In this document: piece by piece, positions 53,021 through 64,000 of the stretch
How the letters are laid out: each line of letters opens with the position of its first letter
Numbering within the stretch: the stretch's first letter is position 1
Assembly: GCF_004010195.1 (NCBI RefSeq)
Contig: NC_057752.1
Location: forward strand, 7,693,651 to 7,757,650
Direction: 5' to 3'
DNA: 64,000 nucleotides
DNA from: Chiloscyllium plagiosum
Lineage: Eukaryota
The notes under the pieces: generated by a model
The model's database searches: none
Told to the model about the DNA's origin: nothing
Seen by the model: the letters and a program-made list of their open reading frames with translations, nothing else
Program-made: the position numbers and the translations under genes

Positions 53021-55589
53021 TGTCCTTACAATACCGCTCATCTTAATAACCAGATCAATCGATCAAACATGTTTTGCTTTAAACACCACAGATACTCAAC
53101 AAATCACATAAAATACCCCTGTGCAACATTCTGAAATAATAGGCATTGATTTCATGTCCAGCTGACTTACTAATGGAGATATAATATATAAACACACTCC
53201 CTAGAACACAGTCCTCAGTATACGATTATCTGCTTTACAGTAATCTTTGAAATAATACATAATATTCATCTCTATGACTATGAGCAGAAAAATATATTTA
53301 ATGCAATTTCTGTAGTGAGCAGTTCTAACAAGGGAATAATGAAGAGGAACAGGTGAATTGAGGATAAAAATAAATCAAAAAGAACCAATGACTCTAATTG
53401 TTAAGGGTTCAAAAAGTGTGAACTGGGTGATGCACTTGAGTAAAAGTGCTCTCTGTTTTGCATCAGGGATATAGTCGTATTCCAGACTGATAAAGTGAAA
53501 GTTTTATCTTGCTAATGGTTGTTAAAGGATTTTAAGTGAAAGGAACTTGGACAGGCTCAGACGTTCCCAGCAGATGTAAATCTGTAACAGAAAACTGCTC
53601 ATCATTCAGCTCTAATTAGCACAAATTGGACAATCTTGCTCAGAGACACCATTGAAATGGCTGGCGTGGAAAATTGAAATGTCGTCTTGATTCAATGAGG
53701 GGCACTCTTGAGCTTGTGGGTTATGGCAATTAGGACAGCTTGGAGGGTGCTCTGAACTGCATCTAACACTTGCCAATCCTGACCTCGAGCAAGTGGCATG
53801 GCGATTGTAGTTTTGAAGTGCTGTAAAAATGTATTATTAACACCTTTGACTGATTCAGCTCAAAATTCACAAGGAACTTATTAATTTATTCGGTACATAG
53901 TCAATTTGGGTGTAATGCAACTCCAGTTAGATATTTGTGCTAGGTGCTATTTTTGCTAGTTTGGCACTGTTACTTTTTAAATCTTTGTACTTATACAAAT
54001 TGATGTAACCTCACACTATAAATATTATGCTTATTTGTTGCAAATCCATTTTAGAGTTTATATCAGTTTGGTTCATGTCGTTCCAATTACTGTAAACAGG
54101 AAACTGTTAGAAGGAGAGTTTATATTCCATTTGTAACACTTACATTTGAAAGTTTTGTAGAATGCCTTTCCCCTTTAACTTATAAATACCATGCTGCAGT
54201 TCGATGTGTTCCTTTACTCACAATACTTATAATTCAAAGCACCCATGTGCACCATTTGCAGCTGTGGGGAAGGTATGTTTCTGTAGGTATATGCTCTGCT
54301 TCAGAAATTGAACTCAGGCTAAAACTTGAACCAGAACATCAGAAAAGGTGAATTGTTAGGAAGAAAGGGGTGCTTGCCCTCACATTGTGAATGTCATTTG
54401 TTCCTGCCTGATCTTTTTTCAAAGTAATACTTATTTATACTTTGGAGTAATAATATACTTACTAAAATGCCAGTGTTGCTGTGCAGAATTTGCTGTTATC
54501 CTATTTTTCTACACTTACCTGTGGTTTCAAAGGACGAGTACATTTCAATAAAATTGTGTACAAGATCTACTGCCTTTGGAGATTGAATTAATTTTACCAA
54601 ATTAGTGCCATAATAGAATCACAATTAAGCATCAGGTAACTGCAGAAACATATGGGTAAATACATGAGATGGTGCAAGATTTTGCAAGCTTTGAAATTCC
54701 TGGTCTGAGATGAATTAGTTGATCTCAGATGAGGTTTTTTGCATTGACCTTAGTATCCCAGGACTACAGAATAAGTAAACCAGTTAAAGTTCCTCCTGTT
54801 TGCCATCTAATGGATGTTGGTGAAGGCTACATTTAGATTTGGTTGTGATGCTGTCTGTAGTTGAATAGTCCGCAAGACATCACTTTTAAATCTTGCACAT
54901 AATAAATAGCTACTTGGAAAAGTATTGAGTATTGTTGTTGTCATGGAACCATATCCAAAATGAAGGAAGAACTTTGAACAACAAAAGTCTCCATCATAGT
55001 TTATTTTCTGACCAAAGTATCTTAGAAATAGCTAAGAGTTGTCAGGTAATGACAGAGCATGAACCTTTAAAATTTAAGTACCTAGTCTTCTTATCTCCCC
55101 ATATAACCAGACTCAGAACCTGGTAATAACTGGGTGGTTCATTTTGACTTCAGGAAATTGACCTGAAACTGACTAATAAATCAATGATACTGTCACTTTA
55201 ACTGACTTACAGTGGAAGCTGAGATCCTTGCTGATTATTGATTTTTGCTGTCTTAGATGTTGGCCTTCATATAAACAGACAACATTAAAGTTTACATTTT
55301 CTTTACCTTTTGAGTAAACGATAATATTGAATATCAACACATCATTTACCTAGCAAGTACTGAAATGGAGTCAGACTGATTGGCTGCAACAGATGCAAGG
55401 AATAGGCTGCATCTATTTCCAGTTGACATATCTGTCCACTTTTACTGATATATTAATGAAGTCAGTTTCTTTCTTTTGAGGTGAATATCACACTCTTGCA
55501 ATTAATACTCACAATGATATTTGGAAATGCTCATATTAACAGTGTCATTAAGGGGAAAGAATTTACAAAAATATATATGAATGTACATA

Positions 55590-56240
55590 TGAATAAGAAC
55601 AGGAATATGCATCTCAAACCCATTCAAAAAGTTCATGCTGATCTGATTACTCCATATTCCCACTATGTCTGATAACTTGTCAGACCTTGCTTATCAAGAT
55701 TCTATCTACCCCGTCTTAAAAGTATTCAAAGTCTCTTGCCTTTTGAAGAATAGCGTTCCAAAATCCTCTGTGAGTAAAAATGTCGCCTCATCTCAGTCTT
55801 AAATAGACAATATCTTATTTTGAAATAATGACCCTCGGTTCTAGATTCTCCGATTAGAAAAAAATATCCCCTGTACATCCAACATGTCCAGACCCATCAG
55901 AATCTTTTGTGTTTCAATCAAGTGGCCTCTTAATGTTCTAAACTCCAATAGATACAAGCCTAGCTTGTCCAATCTTTTCTCATATGACAATCAGTCCATT
56001 CCAGGTCTGGTAAACCTTCTCTGAACTGCTTCCAAAACATTTAACCCTTCCTTAAGTAAGGTGACCAATACTATACACTTCCAATGTGGTCTCACCAGTG
56101 CCCTGTATACCTGAAGCATAACCTCCTACTTTTATATTCAATTCCCCTCACAATATATAGGGAACATTCTGATGGCTTTCCAAATTATCTGCTGTAACTG
56201 TATACAGACCTTTTGTGATTCATGCATAGGACATCAGATT
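55590..56240 (-). mobile_element. Old CR1 3' fragment
   Basis: Colinear decayed match to the minus-strand CR1 at 11450-12170. Confidence 0.7.
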
Positions 56241-59200
56241 CCTCAGTGCCCTGTAAACTCTCGGTGTTTCACTGCTCACAATGTGTATCATTATTGTTAA
56301 ATATTGTTAAATCACTATGTGATTTATGAAATATGTTAAAAATGATATTTTGTACAAAATTACTACCCATGTTAACCAACAATTCTTAGCTCTATTTCTT
56401 GTTGGTTTAAGTGGGAAACAAGGAAGTGAGTGCTGTAGTCAGGGTTCAGTCTATTGTAATGTAAAATCACATTGAGATTCAATTCTGAACCATAGCCGGT
56501 CCACAGCCCTATGTGAAATTTAATTGCATGTTTGTTGAATAATTTGGGTGTCATTTGAAAAGAGTTATTCTACTATTTTAACCCTTCATGGGTAACCTCT
56601 GCAGCAATAGAAATCTCCATGAATGAAATGGAAATAATCTGTTCTAGGATCTGCAAACATTGAGAATAAAGGCCCAGTGGATTATGAAATCATCTGAAAG
56701 TCTAGATTGGATTAGTGTCTTAAAAATGTCTGGTGGTGGATAAAGTTATAATTAATATTCTTTGTCAAATCTGTGTTGACATTGATATACAACATTTTAA
56801 TAACATTTAGGTTGTTTGACATTATTTGCTCTCCCGGGACAATAAATAATAATTGAACTTGTATTTATACATTCACATTTAAATTAATAACATTGTGTTC
56901 TTATTATTGTTATGTGCATATTATGCATTTTGTACTGCTCCTGAAGGTACAGTTGAATTTCTGACAAATAGGAATCAAGTTATTGGATCACATTGGCAAA
57001 ATGAGTTAGCAAGTTAATTTTAACTGGAAAATGTAATTACTATGTTGTACAATATTAGCATTCAAGCACTCGATTTTTATTCAGTGACCTCAAAAGTGAG
57101 GCATGCCTTGTGTTTTTTGTCAGATTCTAATTTATAAAATCAGCAAGTAGGAATGTAAGCAAAGTCAGTGTATTGATCGCATAGGAAAAGATGTAAATGT
57201 TTTTCAGCACTCATGGGGTTAATGTGATCATACATTACCTGTGTCACATAATCTATTTTAAAGGCTAAGAGCCATTGAAAGGAACACAATATCTGTTTAA
57301 ACCTTTCAAAATAAAATGAAAACGAATAGCCTGTGCTGAATCTGATTTATACTCAAGACAAACTTCATTAACACAGAATGCCTCCAATTAGTTAAGCAGT
57401 TAATTTTGTCCAAGGGAATTGCAAGTCGGACTCTTTTCTCTCACCCAAAATTTTCAATGTAGTCTAAATATAACTGTGTCAGCCTGATAACAAAAGACTG
57501 TTCATCTGGGAATCTTTCCCTTGAGTTGTGTTCTTAATCATGATTCTAAGGACATAATTCTTAAAAAAATAGTATTTTCATAGCACTGAGTAATCACAAG
57601 TTTAGATTAAATTAAATTAATGGTGACATTCAGCCCTATTTATCTGTTTATATGTAAATGGAAGCATCAAAATCCCATTTATCTGCAATGACATCTTTGC
57701 AGCATACTCCTCAAGTCTGTGAAATACTGAACCTTCCTTCATTGAATTTCTGCAGCTCACACAATTACCCAGCCATATACTTAAAAGTAGAATTCTGAAA
57801 AATATTTACACAAAATTCTTAAGTCACTATATTTTCCTAGATGATTGTTTGCCATCAGAATACATGTGTTCAGAGCAGCTGAGAAGAAGACTCCAGTTTT
57901 GTTTGGATGAAAGATGCTCTAACATCCATGCTACAGCCTCTCTACCCCCAAAGGAAATTAGGAATTTAAACTGGAGTAAAACCGATGGATTCCTTTTTAA
58001 GTGTATGCTGTAACATAACCAATTTCCAAATGTTCACTGCACTCAATTAATACAACTGATAATTAACTCCTTTTTTTCTGATTTTGATACCAGAGCAAAC
58101 AAGAAATGTTATCTATATTGTTGTCATTACATGGCAGATTATGTGAATTGTGATCATTGAGGTCCAAGATGAAGGAACTTAACATTTCAATGAAACCAGT
58201 TTCAGAAACAAGTAAATTAAACATAAGATAAGTTTAGTTATGTTTATCTACTGGCTCAGTTAAAAGACATAAGTATTATGGAGTGGCTGAATTATACTGA
58301 TTGCTGCATAAATAAATTCATTCTAATCTGTTCTTTTGGAATGTATTTGCCATGCTCCTAATTACAGTGATCTTAGCAATTCTTCAAAAACAGAAAATAC
58401 TGAAAGTACTCCACAGATCTGGAAGCATCTGTGAAGAGTGAAACAGAGTTAAAGTTTTAGGTTGATGACCTTTTATTAGAAAAGTTAAAGGTGTAACAGA
58501 TTTTAAGCAAATCCAGAAGTAAGAAAAATCAGATATTGTAAAGAAAAAACACAGCATTCTCCAGATGTTGTCTTACTCTGTGGAAATGCATGAAGAAGGC
58601 AGTCATTCTAATGACATTAGATTATTGCTTGAAGAAAGAATGTGTATGCAGTATTCGGTTCCTACTGAAAATAATGCAACAAAATTTGAAAAAAATACAA
58701 AGCTGATGGAACATGCATAATTGTCCAGGTTAAAAACTCTGGAACATCTCCATAGGATGACTGAACTACTTTTAACTTGTAAGACTCAGAATCTTTCTCA
58801 AACCCTTTCATTCTGAACTCATCTTCCTCCCAGTAGCAATTTTCACCTTGAACCAATTGTTTTGTTTAGGTATGAAACAATGTTCTATTGATCATCATTG
58901 CCCTAACATGTTCCCTAAGTACATGAAGAGGTAAATCCAGTAACTTATCTCTAGTAACCTGTCTGCTCTGGATAAAAAAGTATATACTGTAGAAGAAAAG
59001 TAATGTTCTTTGTGTAGTTTTAGCTACACTACACATTTGGTTAAAAAGAGACATAAAGTGTGCCTTGATTTGCTTAAGTTTATTTATTTCCCATTACTTT
59101 GTAATTTAACACAAGTATTTAATCAACAATTAGACAACAACCATATTTTTGTCTCTCAAACCATATTTGACAATTCTCATTTTTAAAATCAAAAATTGCA

Positions 59201-59816
59201 TATTTATAAAATTACATATATATTATAAATCTTATAATAGATATTTAATAAATTAGAAATACAAAGAGAATACACCAAATTAAAAATATCTGACTTATTG
59301 GGCTTTTAATAAAGAACTGCCAATTTATAAACAAGATATTTTTGAATTCAGATGTGGTTAGTTATTTCAACATATGTATCTTAAAATAATTTAATAACCC
59401 TTAACATGCAAGCCAACTTTACTCAAATCGTTCAGTTATTAAATCCAGAGGAGCTACATACCAGGTTTACTGATCCAATTATGTGCAGAAACAAAGGAAT
59501 TGCTTTGCAGAGCATGTGTATTTATTCAATAAACCCGTTACATTCCATATATCTTTTTCTTTCTATTGGCAGTCTGTTTGGAGATTTCTGAGCTAATTAG
59601 ACCCGAGATGTTTCCCCACTTTAGAAGTGATCAGGACTTCTGGGAGTGAAAGGAACAGGTCACTGCAGAAAACAGTTGCTGTTAAAGGAGACTACACATA
59701 GCAAAACACTTGGTACAGCCTTAGAAAGATTCACAATCTGAAAGATGAAAAGAACACAATAATGACACCAAAATTCGGAAATGGATGGACTTCAAGAGGG
59801 ATCCTCTGGAGTTAAT

Positions 59817-60148
59817 CATAGAATCCCTACAGTGTGGAAACAGGCCATTTGGCCCAACAAGTCCACACCAACCCTCTGAAGAGTAATCCACCCAGACCCA
59901 TTCCCCTACTCTATTACTCTACATTTGCCCATGGCTAATGTACCTAACCCACACATCCCTGAACACTACGGGTAGTTTAGCATGGCCAATTCACCTAACC
60001 TGCACATCTTTGGATTGTGGGAGGAAACCCGCACAGACACGGGGAGAATATACAAACTCCACACAGAGAGTCGCCCAAGGCTGGAATTGAACCCGGGTCC
60101 CTGGCACTGTGAGGCAGCAGTGCTAACCACTGAGCCACCATGCCACCC
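59817..60148 (-). mobile_element. Full-length tRNA-derived SINE (HE1-like)
   Basis: Minus-strand head GGTGGCATGGTGGCTCAGTGGTTAGCACTGCTGCC...GGGTTCAATTCC (A and B boxes) and CR1-like tail TTTCCACACTGTAGGGATTCTATGA. Confidence 0.9.
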
Positions 60149-61101
60149 AAAATTTAATCTGTGCCCTGTGTGCTGAAATATGTCCAAGTGCAGTTTTATT
60201 GCACAAATTAACATCTAAGCTACCTTCTCTTAGTAGCCTTTGAGCTAAATTGTTTTTGATAGATGCTGTTATATCAGGAGTTGCACCAAGAACAAATAAA
60301 TAGGGTGAGTAAACTTGCCCCTAAAGCTTCCTGCGCCTTTTTAGCAGAGAACAAAATCACCTAAAAGCAGTAGCTGGAAGTAAAAAAGAAAAGCTGCTTA
60401 GTAAATTCAGCATTTACATTCTGCATTGGCCCAGGAGTTTCTGCAAAAATAAGAGACACAAAATATTTCAGAAGCCTATTTAAATAGATTAGCCTTCTCA
60501 CTAGAGGTCTGACTATGATCCGTTATTATCAGTAATGATGTGAAAGCCACATAAATGTGTGTCACTTTCTGAGTATTATGTAATGGCGCACCTCCCAACT
60601 TAGTCAGAAACCTAATTCTGTTAATGATCATCACAAAGGGCCTTTATGTTATTCTCATCTGAAACCAATGAACCCCATTATACCTTCCTTTAGCATGACT
60701 GTGTGGAATTAGAAGGGGAATCTTCAGTTCAAGTCCAAGGCATTCGGAAACTTTCCCCTCAATAGCTATTGCCATAGGTCTGATCTGTTTTGAAACTTAT
60801 TTAGATTGAGGAAGAGGAGAGAATCCAGTTCTGATAGAATCCTGACCAATGAACATATGACGACGTGACTGATAGGTTGCTCTTTGAGAGAATCAGCACA
60901 GGCACTATATGTGGAATACTTGATAGTACATGATACCAGTATGTCCATAGGGTATCCAAATACAAAAAAGTGGTCTCATCTTTAGAAAGTCCCAACTTTG
61001 TCATGTGCATTAAGGTAATGATATCCAAAAAAAGAGTCTAAAAGTCTTGTTGAATTTGCTGTTGGTTCTGTTGAATGGAGAGGAAGATAATACATTGATC
61101 A

Positions 61102-61278
61102 AAACCGAAAGAACTGTGGATGCTGTAAACCAGAAACAAAAACAAAAGTTGCTGGAAAAGCTCAGCAGGTCTGGAAACATCTGTGAAGAGAAATTAAAGT
61201 CAACGTTTCAGGTCCAGTAACCCTTCCTCAGTTCTGCCAGACCTGGTGAGCTTTTCCAGCAACTTCTGTCTTTGTTTC
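61102..61278 (-). mobile_element. Short Penelope-like insertion with an internal inverted repeat and hammerhead core
   Basis: TSD TAATACATTGATCA (61088-61101 and 61279-61292); arms ~61132-61174 and ~61237-61279; minus strand CTGAGGA-AGGGTTACTGGACCT-GAAAC-GTT. Confidence 0.8.
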
Positions 61279-61889
61279 TAATACATTGATCAGTTTTTTT
61301 GGCCAGTGAATCAGTAACCAAGCAAGAACAGCATAGATTGGCTAATATCTAGAATCTAGAAAAAAAAGAATTGGGTGTGCTGGTATTGATACATAGAATT
61401 CTGACTAATTATTGACTAATTCTACTTCTAGATAAGTTGACACAGAGATCAATTATCAATTGTTTTTTCCGAAGCTTAAAGCTAATTTGTCTTTGACTTA
61501 TTCTTCATAAGAGATTTCTAGGGTTTTGGAGATAGAAGCATGAACTTGCTGCAAAAGATAAAATGTTATTCTGCTCATTCTTTTGATGGCAGATGTTGCT
61601 TTGTGCATTAGATGGATTCTCCCTTTGTAAGGATAACATATTTCTCATCTGTTTTTGACATTGTTTAGACCAACTGCAAAATACTGTTGCTGTTGCCAGC
61701 ATTAAATAAATAAAATTTGACCTCATGACAAAAGTATGGCAAATGCAGTTCAGGTCTCCAAAGATATGGTGAAATATTGCTTTGTGCCTGATAGGGTGAG
61801 TTTACAGAGAAACCTCAGCTGTTCCTTTTATGACTATGTAGTGTGATGCAAGCTTGCATCTATTTATCTCACAACCAATTCAAAAACAG

Positions 61890-62062
61890 GTTTTCTGGTC
61901 ATTATGACATTACTGTTTGTGGGACTTTGCTTGGTACAATGTGGTTATTACATTTTCTCCTACATTACAACAATGAGTAGATTTCAAAAGTAGTTCATTA
62001 GCCGTAAAGCGCTTTGGGATATCCTGAGATTATGAAAGACACTACAGAAATGCAGCTTTTTT
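61890..62062 (+). mobile_element. L2-type 3' tail (SINE or LINE remnant)
   Basis: CCTACATTACAACA...GTAAAGCGCTTTGGGATATCCTGAG...GAAAGACACTACAGAAATGCA. Confidence 0.55.
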
Positions 62063-64000
62063 TAACCTATCTGTAAATGTAGAAAATGTTATGGTATTTT
62101 GATACTTTGAACACACTGCCTGTTTGTTTGTTGTCTTTCCCTGAGTTTTCATTGTTAATACGATAAAGGAACTCCTTCACCCTGACTGTGTGGTTATGAT
62201 GAGGAATTCCACACAAAACATTCATCTTTCATGCTATGGCCGCCCTGAATCTGCAGCATTTCTTTTTGGTTTTTTTTCCCACTTGATGTTTTATGGACCA
62301 TGGATTTGAATGAATTCATGTTTGAATTCTTAGAAATAGAATAGATCATTGTTAACAATGTTCATCCCCATGGCCCGGCTGATTGCATTATTTTATACTG
62401 GATATTAAAATATTGTGCCAGCAGAACAGACTAAAATTAAAGTTTTTTGTTTTTATTTTAGACCAGAGATTATAAGCAATATGTCCAAATAGTTGCTCTA
62501 CATGTCAACTCTTTAATTCTTGGCATTAAATGACTATTCAAACCCTGGGGATTGTAAACAACTATCGATTGTTCCACCAGCTTTCTGAGCAATCTTTCAC
62601 TAGTGCTACCTCAGCAGTCAATATTTGGACAATATGAGACAGTTCTATTTGATTTAAGCCAGATTGGAATTTTCCTGTTTAGTAGTCCAAGTGAATCCAA
62701 GCAGTTTTCTTTAAGCATTCCCCTTTTAACCATTCTATGAAAATACACTGCAGAGTAAGTAGGGTTTCACATACTGGAACATTTAGTTTTGTTATGAGAG
62801 GTTGCAAGAACAGAGAAATTGGATTAAACAACTGCAATGTGGAATTAGCCCTGGCTAAGAGGATATAAATCAGAAGAAAGAACTCTGGCTAATCTTTCCT
62901 AATGAAAGCACATCCTAGGTTAGATCAGCAAAAGCCTCATAAACTTGGAATTGTACCTGGGACTTCCTGCTTTGTTGCTCGTTGCTTTAGCAATCTACTC
63001 TATTAGAGGAATTGCTTTGATGTGTTCACAATGATACAGTGGGAAAAGAGCTTTAACATGTAACTGAGAATATTTCTTGGCAAAACCTGATTTCATTCAT
63101 TTAATAATCTCAGCTATTGTTTATCATACTTGGATTACTTCTCATTAGTGTATAGGGGAACTGTTTAAATGACAGTTACTAGAAATGTCACGAAATAGTG
63201 AAGGAGTTGGGGTAGGGTTGGCTAACCCTATCGCAGGAGTTTTATTTTTCTCTATAACCAATAAGAACAGCTTGCATGTATATAACACGTTTAACATAGT
63301 AAGAGATCAGAAAACACTTCGTAACAGCATAATCAGACAAAATTGACACTCAGTTAATGTAGGACACAAAAGCTTTGTCTAAAAGTTAGGTTTAAAGGAG
63401 GAGGGAAACACAGAGATTTAGGGAGGAGACTGCATATGGCTTTTTTTTATATTAGTGACATCTTCTGGCCTTGACACCAAACAGGATCTAATATGCATAC
63501 AAAAACAAAATACAGTGGATGAGAAATACTCAGCAGATTTGTCAGAATCTGTGGAGAGAAAAACACAATTAATGTTTCAGGTTTATGACCTTTCATCGAG
63601 TGTGCATACCTTTTCACTCTATCTTTTAGCAGGAACATTTACTATATGTATGAGAGAAAAATATTCACATTCACAGACTACTCCACTGAGCTTTCCCACT
63701 GATTCATGCTCTTGATTATGACTTTTTTACAAAAGGTCATACAAGTACCAAGAAGCTTAAAATTAGAATGACATTGAATTTACAGCACAGCAACTAGTGA
63801 TTTGGCTCAGCTGCTCTATATGTTGGTGTTTATGATGTACATAAGCTTCCTCACACTCTCCTTTATCTAACCATATCAATAGAATCAATACTGAATTATA
63901 AAGAGGAAGGTTTTCAGCAATTTGTTTTCCCTGAAGAGTTTAGACTATGGCATACCGTACTGCAAGTAGCTATAATATTAACTCCTTCACAATTGGATAA

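Noticed and set aside
54680..54900. Possible ancient SINE related to the reverse complement of ~62860-62970
   Set aside because: Similarity is too weak to support by eye.
60080..60148. tRNA-like sequence (also 559-583/7871-7915 and 42357-42409)
   Set aside because: SINE heads continuous with SINE bodies; no complete cloverleaf.

Overview
Repeat-dense vertebrate genomic DNA, most likely from a cartilaginous fish (inferred from HE1-type tRNA SINEs and abundant CR1 LINEs). The only host gene I can support is coding exon 1 of a C1q-like gene (26270-26839, +, most similar to C1QL4). It lies in a CpG-rich, TE-poor region, and exon 2 was not found in the 37 kb downstream. An in-frame open stretch upstream of its AUG has an ACC-ATT near-cognate start and would give a basic-cluster plus hydrophobic N-terminus, a candidate type II membrane-anchored isoform. 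The first 16 kb is a nest of Gmr1-like LTR retrotransposons (PR-IN-RT-RH order, SCAN-like gag, tRNA-Pro PBS) with resolvable TSDs and insertion order. A decayed Mag-type Gypsy element lies at 32070-36582. At least six short Penelope-like insertions carry minimal hammerhead-ribozyme cores, 13-16 bp TSDs and often foldback structure, and two of the cores look intact. The rest is CR1 and other LINE fragments, SINEs, MITEs and two N gaps. Everything was read by eye, no database searches were run, and boundaries of old fragments are approximate.
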